From positions 56,172,001 to 56,236,000 of the forward strand of contig OZ024742.1 of assembly GCA_964016885.1 (NCBI GenBank): a stretch of 64,000 nucleotides of DNA, read 5' to 3'. The first letter of the stretch is position 1. Every line of letters starts with the position of its first letter. Below are positions 62,598 through 64,000 of this stretch, one piece after another. The notes beneath the pieces are model-generated. The model was not told the origin of the DNA and did not search any database. It was given only the letters and a program-made list of their open reading frames with translations. This DNA comes from Eledone cirrhosa. Its lineage: Eukaryota. The position numbers and the translations under genes were made by a program.

Positions 62598-62879
62598 GCA
62601 ATGCTCTATAATGGTTTCCTGATACAGCAGATCACCTTCTGAATATGTCGGTCACATGAAAAAATCCACTTTAAACTGATGGGTAGTAGTATTAACTGTT
62701 GTTTCGTAAACACTTGACGTGGTAGCACTAGGTATTAAAATAGCTGCCATATATTACTCCAATTACACCTTGCTTTTCCCAGTAATGAAAGGCCACGACA
62801 GATAATGTTGCGCTACTAATCATGATTTGTGTGCTCACTCTTGGTTGACCCAGGACTGAAAACCAAGAACTTGCCACGA

Positions 62880-63700
62880 AAATTGTTGTAGTCCCTCATA
62901 ATATAACAGCTAAACACATTGTTATCAGAATAATATCCCATCCCTACCACCAGAAAACTTTGAAGACAGAATATCGAAAACTATTGTAGGGTGTGTAGCG
63001 AGAAATATTCTAAACAGGATAGCGAGAGACATTGTAGTCAGTATAGAAAAAGTATTGTAAAGAGAATATCGAGAAACATTGTTGTCAGGATAGGAAAACA
63101 AATATAGATAGGATTTCGAAAAACTATGTAGACAGAATAGGGAAAAACATTGCCTATAGAATATCGAAAAGCATTGTAGAGAGAATAAGAAAAAAAAACA
63201 TTGTATTGAGGATAGCGGAAAGCATTGAAGTCAGGATAGTGAAATACATTGTAGTCAGGATAGCGATAAACACTGTAGAGAGAATACCTAAACACATTGT
63301 AGTCAGGATAGCGAGAAACATTGTAGTCAGGATAGCGAAACATATTGTAGTCAGGATAACGAAAAACTTTCTAGTTAGAATAGTGAATAACATTGTAGAC
63401 TGGATAACGGAAAACTTTGTTGGCAGATTAAAAAAAACATATTGTAGAGAGGGTAGATAAAGAATATTGTAGACAAATATAACGAAAACCTTTATAGAGA
63501 GAACAACTAAAAACAATAGTAGACAAAATATCGGAATAGTTTACTTTAGTCACTTATAAAAGAATAGCAAAATAACATTATAGCATTAATAACCAAAATG
63601 TTGTAGCTGGAAATACGAACATTAATTTAGACAGAATTTATGAAAACCTTGATATCCAGAATAAGGAAAATCATTGTAAACTGTGTTACACTAACACTCT
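62880..63700. repeat. Degenerate 24-bp minisatellite
   Basis: Unit cattgtagtcaggatagcgagaaa; period of 24 at 63295/63319. Confidence 0.85.
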
Positions 63701-64000
63701 ATGAAAAACTACATTAATGGTAAATGTTCTGTACGGAATACACTTTAATTTATGGAGCATACAGTTCCATTGATGGAAAAGTTGGAGTAAGCAACGTTGT
63801 TTCCGAGGGAGGTCCAAAACCAACAACATGCAATGCGTTACAAATGTATCCCCAAGCCGGACAAGCTGAGCTCATGGATGTCACCCAACTTTCTTGCTCG
63901 GGGTATATCCCTAGCTCTCCCGTCGGTTAGTTTTGCACGTAAAATCTGTCAAGTGACTATTTCCTGAGACATTTTAACCACATGCCCATTGTATCGGTGC

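Overview
AT-rich, microsatellite-dense animal genomic DNA, most likely an octopus or other coleoid cephalopod (inferred from the SINE and repeat landscape). The only host gene is the 3' part of an M13 (neprilysin/ECE-like) zinc metallopeptidase on the minus strand: six phase-consistent GT-AG exons between 56543 and 35420, with HEITH, GENIADNGG and a C-terminal CxxW*. The rest is dominated by Penelope-like retroelements (PLEs; RT plus C-terminal GIY-YIG with a CxCx5C motif, Naiad-like), tRNA-derived SINEs, decayed Tx1/L1 and RLE-type LINE fragments, and (TA)n/(CA)n/(TTA)n tracts. The most striking signal is about 15 canonical and about 10 variant or degenerate minimal type I hammerhead ribozyme (HHR) motifs read by eye. 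Many lie in tail-out fold-back (inverted pLTR) elements of 0.1-5 kb, mostly next to (TA)n tracts. These include a 5-kb palindrome of a 5'-truncated PLE, a 735-bp two-ribozyme retrozyme-like unit, and a family with a compensatory U3-A8 catalytic core. Many of these fold-backs lie in introns of the neprilysin-like gene. Coordinates were read manually and may be off by a few bases.
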